Shown here in pieces: positions 40,934-50,800 of a DNA stretch of 64,000 nucleotides. Origin of the DNA: Armatimonadota bacterium. GTDB lineage: Bacteria; Armatimonadota; HRBIN16. Made by a program: the position numbers and the translations under genes. The DNA is taken from NCBI GenBank assembly GCA_963677485.1, contig OY781964.1, forward strand, positions 4,800,001 through 4,864,000, in the 5' to 3' direction. The notes below the pieces were generated by a model, which saw nothing but the letters and a program-made list of their open reading frames with translations, was not told the origin of the DNA and searched no databases. Each line of letters starts with the position of its first letter. The stretch's first letter is position 1.

Positions 40934-42178
40934 TTAGTTGGTTCCACACCAGTTAATGACAAACCGAGTCAGTACCTCGGCGGCCTGAAGGATGTCGTTG
41001 GTCTTGATCTGCTCCTTCAATGAGTGCGCGACTCCCAGTTCACCGGCACCAAATGTGATGGTCGGCATCTTACCTCTGCGTGCGAATAGACGCGCATCAC
41101 AGGATGCGATCCATCCCACGACTGGCTGCTCACCCAGCACGTGATGCACGGCCTCACCGAAGCACTGAACTGACGGATGATCTGCAGGAGTCTCGAACGC
41201 CTCGTTGTGAAGTCGACCAAATTCAAAGCTGTAGTGATCGCGCAAATACTCAGAGGCGTTTTGCTCTATCATCTCGACAAGCCCTTTGTGTATAGTGGGG
41301 ATATCCTTGTTCGGCAGGAAGGCTATTCCACCTTCAATGCTGCAATCGGCGGGAACAGTGGCTGGCCAGTCGCCTCCAGTTATCTGCCCGACGTTCACAT
41401 TGACCGGGTTGGGGTCATGCGGGAACAGGGCGAGACCAGTCGACTCCGATCGCAGCTTGGCTTCATACTTCTTGAGAATCGCGATGAGTTCAACCATCTG
41501 GTCGATGGCACTCACGCCCTGCCAGTACTTACCCATATGAACTGACTGCCCCTTCACGCTCAACCGGTACCAGACTGCCCCTCTATTCGCAGGATGCATT
41601 TGCAGGCTGGTGGGTTCCAGAACCACGGCGCAGTCGGCTTTCATGCCATTCAGCACCGCGGCTAACGCACCATTACCACCCGCTTCTTCTTCAATCACCA
41701 GTTGCGCCTGTAAGTCACCGTTCAGCCGGATGCCCATCTCCTTAAGGGCCTGCAACACCAGCAGAATGGTGACGACCTGCCCCTTGGCATCGCAAGCACC
41801 ACGACCATACACAACGCCTTGTTCCACCCGCGCTTGAAACATACCGCCCGGCGCAGGTACCACATCGCAGTGAGAGTTGAGAATGAGGCTTCGTCCCCCA
41901 CCTTGGCCTTTCAGATTGACGAAAAGGTTCGGCCGTCCTTCATAAGTTGTATGGGTGGGAACCACGGTGTAATCCACATCTGATGCTATAGCATCGGGCA
42001 CGGCGGATTCCTCAACGCTCCACCCAAACTCTCTGAGGTAACTAGCGAGATGGGCTTGTACCTCATGCTCCCGACCGACTGTGCTTTTGTAAGCGATCAG
42101 GCGACTAAGCAGGCTCTCAGCAGTTTCACGCTGGGTCTTGAAGTAGGCTTGCAGGTCGTCATTCTGGACTGTATTCAT
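40934..42178 (-). CDS. M20 ArgE/DapE-family deacylase
   Basis: LNSHCDVV, YGRGACDAKG, EEE, AHS..E; start placed at ATG 42178 (gagg upstream). Confidence 0.88.
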   Translation of the reverse strand: MNTVQNDDLQAYFKTQRETAESLLSRLIAYKSTVGREHEVQAHLASYLREFGWSVEESAVPDAIASDVDYTVVPTHTTYEGRPNLFVNLKGQGGGRSLILNSHCDVVPAPGGMFQARVEQGVVYGRGACDAKGQVVTILLVLQALKEMGIRLNGDLQAQLVIEEEAGGNGALAAVLNGMKADCAVVLEPTSLQMHPANRGAVWYRLSVKGQSVHMGKYWQGVSAIDQMVELIAILKKYEAKLRSESTGLALFPHDPNPVNVNVGQITGGDWPATVPADCSIEGGIAFLPNKDIPTIHKGLVEMIEQNASEYLRDHYSFEFGRLHNEAFETPADHPSVQCFGEAVHHVLGEQPVVGWIASCDARLFARRGKMPTITFGAGELGVAHSLKEQIKTNDILQAAEVLTRFVINWCGTN

Positions 42179-42265
42179 TCCATCCTCATTGAAGTTTATA
42201 TCACTGGTATGTTCTGACAAGCAACCGCACGTGCTGGCACGGCAGCCTATACTGTAACGGATACG

Positions 42266-42352
42266 GTCGTAGGGGCGCCCCTTGTGGGCGCCCTAATCGT
42301 TGTTCATTCCATAGTTCTTGTTTAGGGCGCCCACAAGGGACGCCCCTACGAC
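42266..42352. repeat. GTAG-family REP doublet (REPIN)
   Basis: gtcgtaggggcgccccttgtgggcgccctaa (42266-42296) and its inverted copy (42322-42352), 30/31 identical, each with an internal palindrome. Confidence 0.85.
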
Positions 42353-42508
42353 GATGAGCTTTGGTAACTCATGTGCGGTCGTAAACGTTGATAACTGACG
42401 TCTTTTCCGTGCAAGTGTAGCAGCACTGTGCGCTTTTATAGTGTCATAAATAAGGCCTTGCGTCAACACGATGTACGATGTCGTTATCACTAGATCATCA
42501 AACAGATC

Positions 42509-42549
42509 GCAAAAGAACACTCCCGATCCACACATACGGGATCGGGAGT
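42509..42549 (-). terminator. Probable terminator of the Spy/CpxP-like gene
   Basis: actcccgatcc/ggatcgggagt 11-bp stem followed on the minus strand by gttctttt. Confidence 0.65.
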
Positions 42550-42609
42550 TCGCATTATCTGATGCTGGCTGCTGTGAAGCTAACGGTAGCAGCTTATGGA
42601 CAGTGGTAA

Positions 42610-43248
42610 CTAGAAGGCAGGCGGACCGTTGCCATCTGGAGGAGGTCCTTGGGGAGGGCCTTGCTGAGCTTGATCTTGATTTTGGTTGTTGTTTTGCTGT
42701 TGATTTTGATTCTGGTTTTGGTTGTTTTGGCCCGGCTTTCGATTCTGTTGGGCCATCATGACTTTCAGTGCAGCGATCTGGTCGACGTTCAATATAGACC
42801 GAATCTTGGTCCACACATCGATACTTGCGGTGATCACGGCTGTTTCAGCCTTCTGAGCCGGAGCCACCAGCTCTTTCACTTTAGCATCATCATAATCGGC
42901 GGCAAGTAGAGCTGCCTGAAGTGCCTGAGCCAGCTTTACGGATTTGGTGGATAGTGCCTTAATGGTCGTGTTTCCGGCTGTGATGACTACTTTCAACTGG
43001 GTGATTTGGGAAGTGGTCAGCTCCAGTTGGTCAGCAAGCCGGTCTACCATCACGGTCGTTGGTGGGGTGACCACAGTCATGACACTGACCTGCATCATTC
43101 CACCCTGTCCATTAGGCCCTCCCGGACCTCCCTGGCCACCTGATCCGCTGCCCTGGCCTCCGTTTCCCTGCTGCGCAAAGCAGCCTGTCGCAAAGAGGCC
43201 AAGCACTGCTGCGGTAACTGCGATTGTTGATGTCTTCATTTCGATCAA
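42610..43248 (-). CDS. Spy/CpxP-like (LTXXQ) periplasmic protein with Gly/Gln/Asn/Pro-rich tails
   Basis: Signal peptide; LELTTSQ and ILNVDQ repeats. Confidence 0.7.
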   Translation of the reverse strand: MIEMKTSTIAVTAAVLGLFATGCFAQQGNGGQGSGSGGQGGPGGPNGQGGMMQVSVMTVVTPPTTVMVDRLADQLELTTSQITQLKVVITAGNTTIKALSTKSVKLAQALQAALLAADYDDAKVKELVAPAQKAETAVITASIDVWTKIRSILNVDQIAALKVMMAQQNRKPGQNNQNQNQNQQQNNNQNQDQAQQGPPQGPPPDGNGPPAF

Positions 43249-43500
43249 CTCCTCGGTGTGATTGTATCTTGATCGCCTATCCCTTAAGGTTGGCTATCAT
43301 ATCATGAGACGGAGTTGAACGGCTTTAGTATGCCAGCCAAAATCACATAAGGGTCGCAGTATGATCCTATCTTGATCACATTGTCATAGATGATATTTAA
43401 GCATTAAATCAAGGGTTAAAAAGAGGGTGTCCGAGCAGTAGAAGCAGGCACATTGACCCATGAGGGAGCCTCTGTGCCTGCTGATGGTTAGTGTTACAGG

Positions 43501-44385
43501 TTAGCTTTTCGCGGCTGCGGCCATGGCGGCGATATGTGCCGGTGTGGTTCCGCAGCAACCACCGATGATATTGGCACCGGCGTCGATCAACTCCTTAACG
43601 CGGGCGGCCATGTCACTCGGTGTCTCTTTGAACACCGCTTTGCCGTTCTCAAGAACTGGCATACCGGCGTTGGCATGGATCAGGATCGGCGTGTTAGGAG
43701 CAGCCGCTCGCAACTGACGCGTGATCTCTATCATGTTAGCAATGCCGTTACCGCAGTTAGCCCCAACCACGTCAGCACCCGCTTCGATCGCTTCGGTGGC
43801 GGCACGCTCAGGGGTGATACCCATCATCGTGCGGAAACCGCGTGCTCCGGGTTCGAATGTGAAGGTGCAGATAATCGGCAACGTGGTATTGTCTTTGGCA
43901 GCCTTGATGGCTTGCACAGCCTCAGTGACAGATGACATGGTCTCAATGCACAGTGCATCGGCTCCGCCTTCAGCCAGTGCGATCACTTGAGCCTTAAAGG
44001 ACTCATACAGCTGCTCTTCGGTCACATCCCCGCCTTCGTCTTCCACGATCTGGCCGGTGGGACCAACAGAGGCTGCCACATAGCCTTTACCGTCAATGGC
44101 ATCTTTGGCGATGGTCACTGACGCTTTGTTGAACTCGTGGACGCTGTCCACCAGCCCAAACTCCTTCAGCTTGAATGAAGTTCCACCAAACGAGTCGGTC
44201 TCTACGATGTCCGAACCGGCATTGATGTATGCCTCAGCGATGCTCTTCACTTCGTTCGGATGGGAAACACACCAGGACTCCGGGCATTCACCTGGTTTCA
44301 AGCCCATGGCTTGAAGGAACGTGCCCATGGCACCATCGGAAATCAGGATTTCACCTTGAGCGAGACGCTCTAATAGACCCTTCAT
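43501..44385 (-). CDS. Stand-alone homocysteine S-methyltransferase domain (MetH N-terminal type)
   Basis: ISDGAMGT, SVGPTG, IETMS, GANCG and GGCCGT zinc-ligand motifs; no pterin or cobalamin domains. Confidence 0.9.
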   Translation of the reverse strand: MKGLLERLAQGEILISDGAMGTFLQAMGLKPGECPESWCVSHPNEVKSIAEAYINAGSDIVETDSFGGTSFKLKEFGLVDSVHEFNKASVTIAKDAIDGKGYVAASVGPTGQIVEDEGGDVTEEQLYESFKAQVIALAEGGADALCIETMSSVTEAVQAIKAAKDNTTLPIICTFTFEPGARGFRTMMGITPERAATEAIEAGADVVGANCGNGIANMIEITRQLRAAAPNTPILIHANAGMPVLENGKAVFKETPSDMAARVKELIDAGANIIGGCCGTTPAHIAAMAAAAKS

Positions 44386-44416
44386 GAATTGTCCTCCATA
44401 TTAGTTGTCCGGAATA

Positions 44417-46342
44417 TCATCCGGTGACGGATTCCTGCTCTGATTTCGCTTGTGCCAACCTGTTGGCTACAGTCGGAAATTGAGCAAGGTCGGTGTGGGG
44501 CAAGAACATAGCCCCCAAATAGCTATCCATATAACGTGTGTCGCTGCTCAGATCGATATATGTCATACCGGCTGCGAGCTCTGATAGCTTCTGCCGGTGT
44601 TTACGAGAAAGCAATGCGATGTAGGCACCAGTCAGCGATGAGTTGCCGATATATTTGAACGTGTCGTAGGGAAGGTCAGGCAGCAACCCGATCAAAATCG
44701 CATCGTCGATCTCAATATACCGTCCAAATCCTCCCGCTATGTAGACGCAGGAAAGACTATCCCATCCGATACCCACGCTGGAGATCAACAAAGAGCACGC
44801 CGCATAGATGGCGGCCTTCGTGCGCAGCAGATTGGCGATATCCGGTTCAGTAATGACTAAATCCTGCCCATTGACCGTGTTGGTGCCAAACTCTATGATG
44901 TAACCAGCAATATCGGAATCCGTGCTCCAGCGTCCTGTCGACATCTCTGTGTTGAAGCGGCCAGCCTGGTCGATGACCCCACGCAGCAGCATCTCACCAA
45001 GCAGCGAGATGAGCCCCGATCCACAAATGCCGCTCGGTTTGCCACCGCCCACCACATCGTACTGAAGCTCCGAGCCGTCACTACCGATTGTTACATATTC
45101 GATGGCCCCTTCCATGGCCCGCATACCGCACTTGATGCCTGAGCCCTCAAATGCCGGACCCACGGAACAAGCGCAGGTGACCATCCAACTGGCGTTACCC
45201 AGCACGATTTCGCCATTAGTGCCGATGTCCAAGAACATGAATACATCTTCACTGTTGATGTAGATATCGGTGCAGAGAAGTCCCGATGTGATATCACCGC
45301 CCACATAACTCCCGACGCCCGGGGAGAATTCCACACCAGCCGCAGGATTGATTGATAAACCAACATCGTGTGCCGTGAGCGATGGTATCGAGTTCACAGT
45401 CGGAACGTAAGGTGTCTCCCGTATATGACGAGGCGGTAGAGCCAGCAACAGGTGCATCATCGTGGTATTCCCCGCAATGAAAGCCGCATTGATGCTATCA
45501 GTTGGGATGTTGACACTGGCGGCCATTTCCACAATGAGCGTACTGATCGTGTTGACGATCATATCGCGCAGTTCCGCCAGCCGTTCAGGGCTGCGGGCAT
45601 AGTCGATGCGGCTGATGATGTCGGCACCGCGGCTGATCTGCGCATTGTATGATGATCGGTTGGCCATCACAGTACCATCATGCAGGTTGACAAGTTGAAC
45701 CGCCACAGTGGTCGTACCTACATCAACCGCTAACCCGATGGATACGCCGGTTTGATGCCCGGGATGCACCTCCAAGACACGGCCCGTACCATTGAATTCC
45801 TGAACATCGACGGTAATACGTCCATCATCGCAGCGAAGAGTCTCGGCTAATTTCTGTAGTACACCGGCTCCTGTGGTCAGTGAGACCGAGCCATATGCAC
45901 TCGTCCATTCCCTGACCACCCTTTGCCAGTCAGAATAATGCTCTTCGATAGATGCAGGAGGCACAATGATTGTCTGCGAGCTATATAACGGCGTCAACGC
46001 ATTGGGGTCAGGCAAATAGTCGTCATTGACCAGAAAGTGACTATCGCCCACCACCTGCATTGCCGTTTGGCGCTTTTGAAGAAGCTTAACCGTTAAGTCA
46101 CCCACCACTTTTGTGCGGCAGGCGAGTACCAGCTTTTTATCAGTCTGAACTGAGCCTGCTGTGATGTCATCAGAACCGACGTTTCCTTGGATCACTTCCA
46201 CCAGACAGCGTCCGCAGGTGCCCTTACCTCCGCATGGAAGGTGCAGCTCCTCGATACCGCCTTTGATAGCGGCATCATGGATCAGCGATCCTGGCGCCAC
46301 TTCCACTACAACATCAGACGGCAAGAAACGGACACTTGGCAT
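44417..46342 (-). CDS. acsV: Reductive activator of the corrinoid Fe-S protein (RACo/AcsV; 2Fe-2S plus ASKHA ATPase)
   Basis: CGGKGTCGRC...LAC; DVGTTTV; DIGTNGE; GPAFEG; GICGSG; AGGFG. Confidence 0.9.
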   Translation of the reverse strand: MPSVRFLPSDVVVEVAPGSLIHDAAIKGGIEELHLPCGGKGTCGRCLVEVIQGNVGSDDITAGSVQTDKKLVLACRTKVVGDLTVKLLQKRQTAMQVVGDSHFLVNDDYLPDPNALTPLYSSQTIIVPPASIEEHYSDWQRVVREWTSAYGSVSLTTGAGVLQKLAETLRCDDGRITVDVQEFNGTGRVLEVHPGHQTGVSIGLAVDVGTTTVAVQLVNLHDGTVMANRSSYNAQISRGADIISRIDYARSPERLAELRDMIVNTISTLIVEMAASVNIPTDSINAAFIAGNTTMMHLLLALPPRHIRETPYVPTVNSIPSLTAHDVGLSINPAAGVEFSPGVGSYVGGDITSGLLCTDIYINSEDVFMFLDIGTNGEIVLGNASWMVTCACSVGPAFEGSGIKCGMRAMEGAIEYVTIGSDGSELQYDVVGGGKPSGICGSGLISLLGEMLLRGVIDQAGRFNTEMSTGRWSTDSDIAGYIIEFGTNTVNGQDLVITEPDIANLLRTKAAIYAACSLLISSVGIGWDSLSCVYIAGGFGRYIEIDDAILIGLLPDLPYDTFKYIGNSSLTGAYIALLSRKHRQKLSELAAGMTYIDLSSDTRYMDSYLGAMFLPHTDLAQFPTVANRLAQAKSEQESVTG

Positions 46343-46388
46343 TTATACGACCTTCCAGAAATCATATTGCGTTACTTCAGATTATAAC

Positions 46389-46430
46389 CAATCGGTATCT
46401 GAGCCCAATGTGGCACTCAGATACCGATTG
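46389..46430. other. Strong intergenic hairpin between acsC and acsV
   Basis: caatcggtatctgag / ctcagataccgattg 15-bp perfect stem. Confidence 0.7.
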
Positions 46431-46449
46431 ATGGCAGGTAGTTGTCGGC

Positions 46450-47793
46450 TTACCCCGTCGCGAAGACCTTCATGAACGAGCCGATGTCAGACGCCTCTTG
46501 TGGGCCAACGACCACTTCCCAGCCCGGCAGGCAGTCTTCGAGCTCACCACTGATCTGTGATACATAGCCAGGAATGACCAGCTTCCTGGTTTTGACTTGG
46601 TCAGCCAACCCAGATGACTTAATGAAGGTGGCGATCTTTTCGCCAGAGAACTTCCCAGCCGCCCAAGCGGTGAGCACGCTCATACCTTCGCACTCTACGA
46701 CCGCCAGATGGGCCGGCACTCCCGAGTTCTCTATCTCTCCTGAGACCATGAAGTAGGTCAGGGAGAAGTTCGTGGTGACCATCACAGGCGAGTTTTCGTC
46801 GGCTTCACCGATTGGATACACTTTGGGTTCCACTTGAATCGGCTTCTGCGGGTCTGTGAAGATGTTCTGGCGAAGCATCATCAATGGCAGTAGTGCTTCA
46901 TAGGCCATCGTATCGATCACCATGATCGAAGCATACTTACACATCAATGTAGACGCATCCGCAACCATTGATGGGATATCCTGACCCGTGATGAAGTTCA
47001 GAATTGGGAACCCCAACGGTTCGAACGGCACTTTCAATGCAGCCTTTCGGATGATGGTGTTGTTCTGCATTATAGCGGCCGGATTGCTTCCAGGGATGTC
47101 CAAGACGATATCCAGCACACCCAATGCCAGCAGCTTCTTGGTCAAACCGGCCAGTTCATCAAGATTGGCAGCTTTGGCCACGACAGGAGCTTTGTATTTC
47201 AACGCAAGTGCCGCCACTGCGTCTACATTCTCCATGGTGGCCGCGTGAATCAATGGCCGCTGGCCTTCGATCGCAGCAAGAGCTGCCTCCAGGGCAGCCA
47301 CATTGTCACTGCGTAGAATGACACCGCAGCCAGTACCGCCAGATACCGCCTTCACGGCAGCCACGAATGGCTCTACCGCACCCGTCACGTTGTCCACAAG
47401 AGCGAGGTCAAGCCGAAGTTGCTCACCTACCCTCTCTAGGCAGTATTCGCGCACTTCCGCTGTCTTATGAGCCAGATCGGAACCCGACTGGTCATCCGAG
47501 AACGAGATGCAGATGGCGGTCGGATGCACGAATGTCTTTTCATGCCGGAACATCACCGTTTCGTTGCCTACGGCCGTTTCACGCTCCGCAGGGCCGATTT
47601 TCACCAGCCGGATGGGCGGCTTACTGGCCGCCCCGATCTTGGTAATCGCCTCTTCAGATGCATACGGGCAGGCTGCCAGCTCCGCATTTTTTGAAGCCAG
47701 CTTCATAGCGAAGGCCATGCAGGTAGGTACGCCGCACTCACCGCAGTTGGTCTTCGGTAGAAGCTTAAAGATATCCAGTCCAGATAATGCCAT
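46450..47793 (-). CDS. acsC: Corrinoid Fe-S protein large subunit
   Basis: LPKTNCGECGVPTCMAFA...CP, GNETVMFRHEKTF, LRQNIFTDPQKP, TTNFSLTYF, SVLTAWAAGKF. Confidence 0.95.
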   Translation of the reverse strand: MALSGLDIFKLLPKTNCGECGVPTCMAFAMKLASKNAELAACPYASEEAITKIGAASKPPIRLVKIGPAERETAVGNETVMFRHEKTFVHPTAICISFSDDQSGSDLAHKTAEVREYCLERVGEQLRLDLALVDNVTGAVEPFVAAVKAVSGGTGCGVILRSDNVAALEAALAAIEGQRPLIHAATMENVDAVAALALKYKAPVVAKAANLDELAGLTKKLLALGVLDIVLDIPGSNPAAIMQNNTIIRKAALKVPFEPLGFPILNFITGQDIPSMVADASTLMCKYASIMVIDTMAYEALLPLMMLRQNIFTDPQKPIQVEPKVYPIGEADENSPVMVTTNFSLTYFMVSGEIENSGVPAHLAVVECEGMSVLTAWAAGKFSGEKIATFIKSSGLADQVKTRKLVIPGYVSQISGELEDCLPGWEVVVGPQEASDIGSFMKVFATG

Positions 47794-47805
47794 GATTTAG
47801 CTCCT

Positions 47806-50800
47806 TTAGCCCGCGACCCGGGTCATCTCAGCGATCTTGCGTCCAACAGTCTGTGCGGCTGATGGATGATACATGACCAGCATGTCAGCACCAGCATTCA
47901 ACAGGCTCATTGCGGTGGCTATCTCCAGTAATGCACCACGGTCTTGTTCTGGCCCCCATAGAGGGAACGAACTCATAGGTGCTTTGCTTTCCTTAGTTTT
48001 CGCCACTTCGTAGCCTGGTGTCGCCAGAATGGGCATGGCCAGCATGGTGTCGCCTGTGAAGGCCGAAGCGCGGATACGCTCCATGACAGAGTAGGTGTAT
48101 TCCAACCCATATCCAAGCGCACCTGTCAGAGAGTCGATGACGATCTTCTCAGGGGCGAGTCCCATGTTGGTGCAGAGAATGTTGAGCTGCTTGGCCATAT
48201 TGACATCAATCGGTGTCTGAGTGACCACACAATGATCATAGGCCATTGCCGCTGCGGCGATGGTCTTGTAGTTGTCCGTCTCCACCCAGTTCAGCAACAG
48301 GTTTTCGCCCGCATACTTGCTGGCGACTTCTTTCATCACTGCGTTGCACTTTTCGTAGTGGCTTGGGCCGGTCACGATGATCGGCACACCCACTGCCTTC
48401 AGAATACTGCCCACGAACTCAGCGCAAGCTTCAGGAGCCTTGTCACCGTGATCGGGATGGGCGGCATCTAAACGCACACTGATGACCGCAGCGCCCAGCT
48501 TGTCAACACAGTGTTTGGCCATAGCTGCCGGGTCGTCCAACAGTGCTCCGTAGGCGGTGCGCAGACTCTCAGGATAGTTCTTGGGTAGTTTATCAAACAC
48601 TTCCATCGCGATGACGGGTGTCTGACCGATGCTTCCTTCAAAATGTCGGAAGGGCAGCACCGATGCGCCACCAAGAACCACTGAAGAGGTTCGTTTGCCA
48701 CTTCCACCCAAAGTCACCAAGCGGACAGAGACTGATGAACTCTCCGGAGGTATGGAGAAGGTCGTAGGAACCAGGATTGAGGCCGATTCGACTACCCGCG
48801 GTGCGGTCTCCACCTTGACTGGCTCTGCAATAACCTCAACGGCTGGAGCTGCAGGGGCAGTAACTGGAGCCGCAACACTGACCGCCTGCGCGGGGGCAGG
48901 CATGGGGCCGAAAGCTCCGCTGTACATCAGCAGCATGTTGGCACCGGCGGTCAGCAGGTTCAATGCGGTCGATGCCTGTAAGGCCGCCATCTGTTGTTCC
49001 ATGGTTGATTCGGCAGTGGCTACGGGCATGCCCTGCGCTCGCATCTTGTCCAGCACCTGCATCACATAACCAAGACCATCATTCGGCATGGCTGTGACGG
49101 CTGGTGCGGTCGGAGCACTGGCTGCGACAACAGCGACAGGGGCGACAACCTCAGCGACAGGAACCGGAGCTGGTGCCGCTTCTGCAGGCTTCGCATCGAC
49201 TACCGGAGAAGCTTCCACCTTTGGAGCAGGTGCTGCAGCCGGAGCTGGCGTCTCCACGATAAGACCTCGAGCCGCATCGGCTTCTGCCGCCTCAGGCGAA
49301 GCTTGCGTGATGTCCCACATGGTCAGTGCAGGGTGTCCAACCTTCTCCATGTAAGCGGAAATCGCCGCGGTATCCGTGCCCGCGGCGGTCTCATCAGCGA
49401 TCATATCAATGTAGTTTTCGATACCGATTTGCTCACCGATGTGGTTTAGTTCTTCGCGGAGTGTCTCTTTGAGCTCCTTGGGCATCCATACGATACGCTT
49501 ATGACCACCTTCAGAATAGATGAACTTCCGGCTGGAGATATAAGCCTTGCCAACCCCGATGAAACCAGGGGTCTGCTGGCCACCGCCGGTCACACCGGCG
49601 AGCGTAGAGAACTTCATGCCCATCGGTGTTTCGCCAGGATACTCGCGGTTGACAATCGCCACACCGTTGCATTCAGGCAGCATAGCCACGATGGCTTCGA
49701 AACAACCGCAACTGGTCATGGGGTCCTTCAGCATTGAATATGCGTTGAAGGAGCTGATGGTCTGCTTGGAGTTCACATAAACATAGTCGTTGATGTTCTT
49801 CCACTGACCGCGGATGGGGTCGATACACTCACCCTTGACGAGTGGCTGGTTGGGTCCAGTGGGGTCAATTTCAAAGGCGGCCTTGCCATCTAGCCAGTTA
49901 TAGGCACCACATAGGCCCAGTCGTTCGGGAGTGATCACACACACGTGGTTAGGCGCGAAGCTCTGGCAGAGCAGGCACGAGTAGAAGGTATCTACACTCT
50001 CGTCGGTCAGCGATTCGACGCGCAGGTTACGCTCGCGATAGACGCGGCGTGCTTCAGCCAGGCGAGGCTCTACATCATCTTTGCCGGTATACAGGGTGAC
50101 TTGCACCTTGTCGACAATGGCTGGATACTCGCTGAGCAGTTTGGCCCGTACGATTTCGCCCAGGTGCTTGATTTTGAAGCCCTTGGCCTGAGCTCCCTTG
50201 CTGATGCGTACCCAGATGATATCACGCTGGCCCATATGCCAGATGCCTTCGCCGCCGTTGATCAGGTGGTGGATTTGGCGCTCCAAAATCGGCTCAAAGT
50301 CCGACTGCATCTTGCGGCCGGCAACCTCGACCCAGATAGCCAGGGGAAGGGCTGTGCCCTCTGCGACATCGTCTATCTCAGGTCCGACTACGACTATCTT
50401 GCCGTCTTCGACCTCAGATATTTCGCGTGTGGCAACATACTCAAAGGCATGGGTCTTGTTACCGCCGAATTCCACATAGGTTTGCTCTTTGCGGATTCGT
50501 TCGCCTTCAAATGCCGGGCCATATGAAACAGGGATCGGCACTTTGGTGATTTTGATCTTGCAGCCACGGACCTCAAGGGCCTTCTCGACAATCTTGTCTA
50601 GAGGCACATTGGAGACCACGTGCTCATAAGTGCAGATACCCGTGGGCAGGATTTCCGGAATGTCCGTGTCCGCGATGGTTGGGAAGCCGTAGGAGATGGC
50701 CCCCGCAGCCGCTGCATACTTCCCTTCGTCTACCTCGCCAAGTGCGATGACAAATGCGAAAATACGGTTCTTGTTGTATTTCAAGTTTCGCTCGTAGTCA

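Noticed and set aside
42660-42735. Short tandem nucleotide repeats resembling an array
   Set aside because: They encode the Gln/Asn low-complexity tail of the Spy-like protein; no repeat-spacer structure
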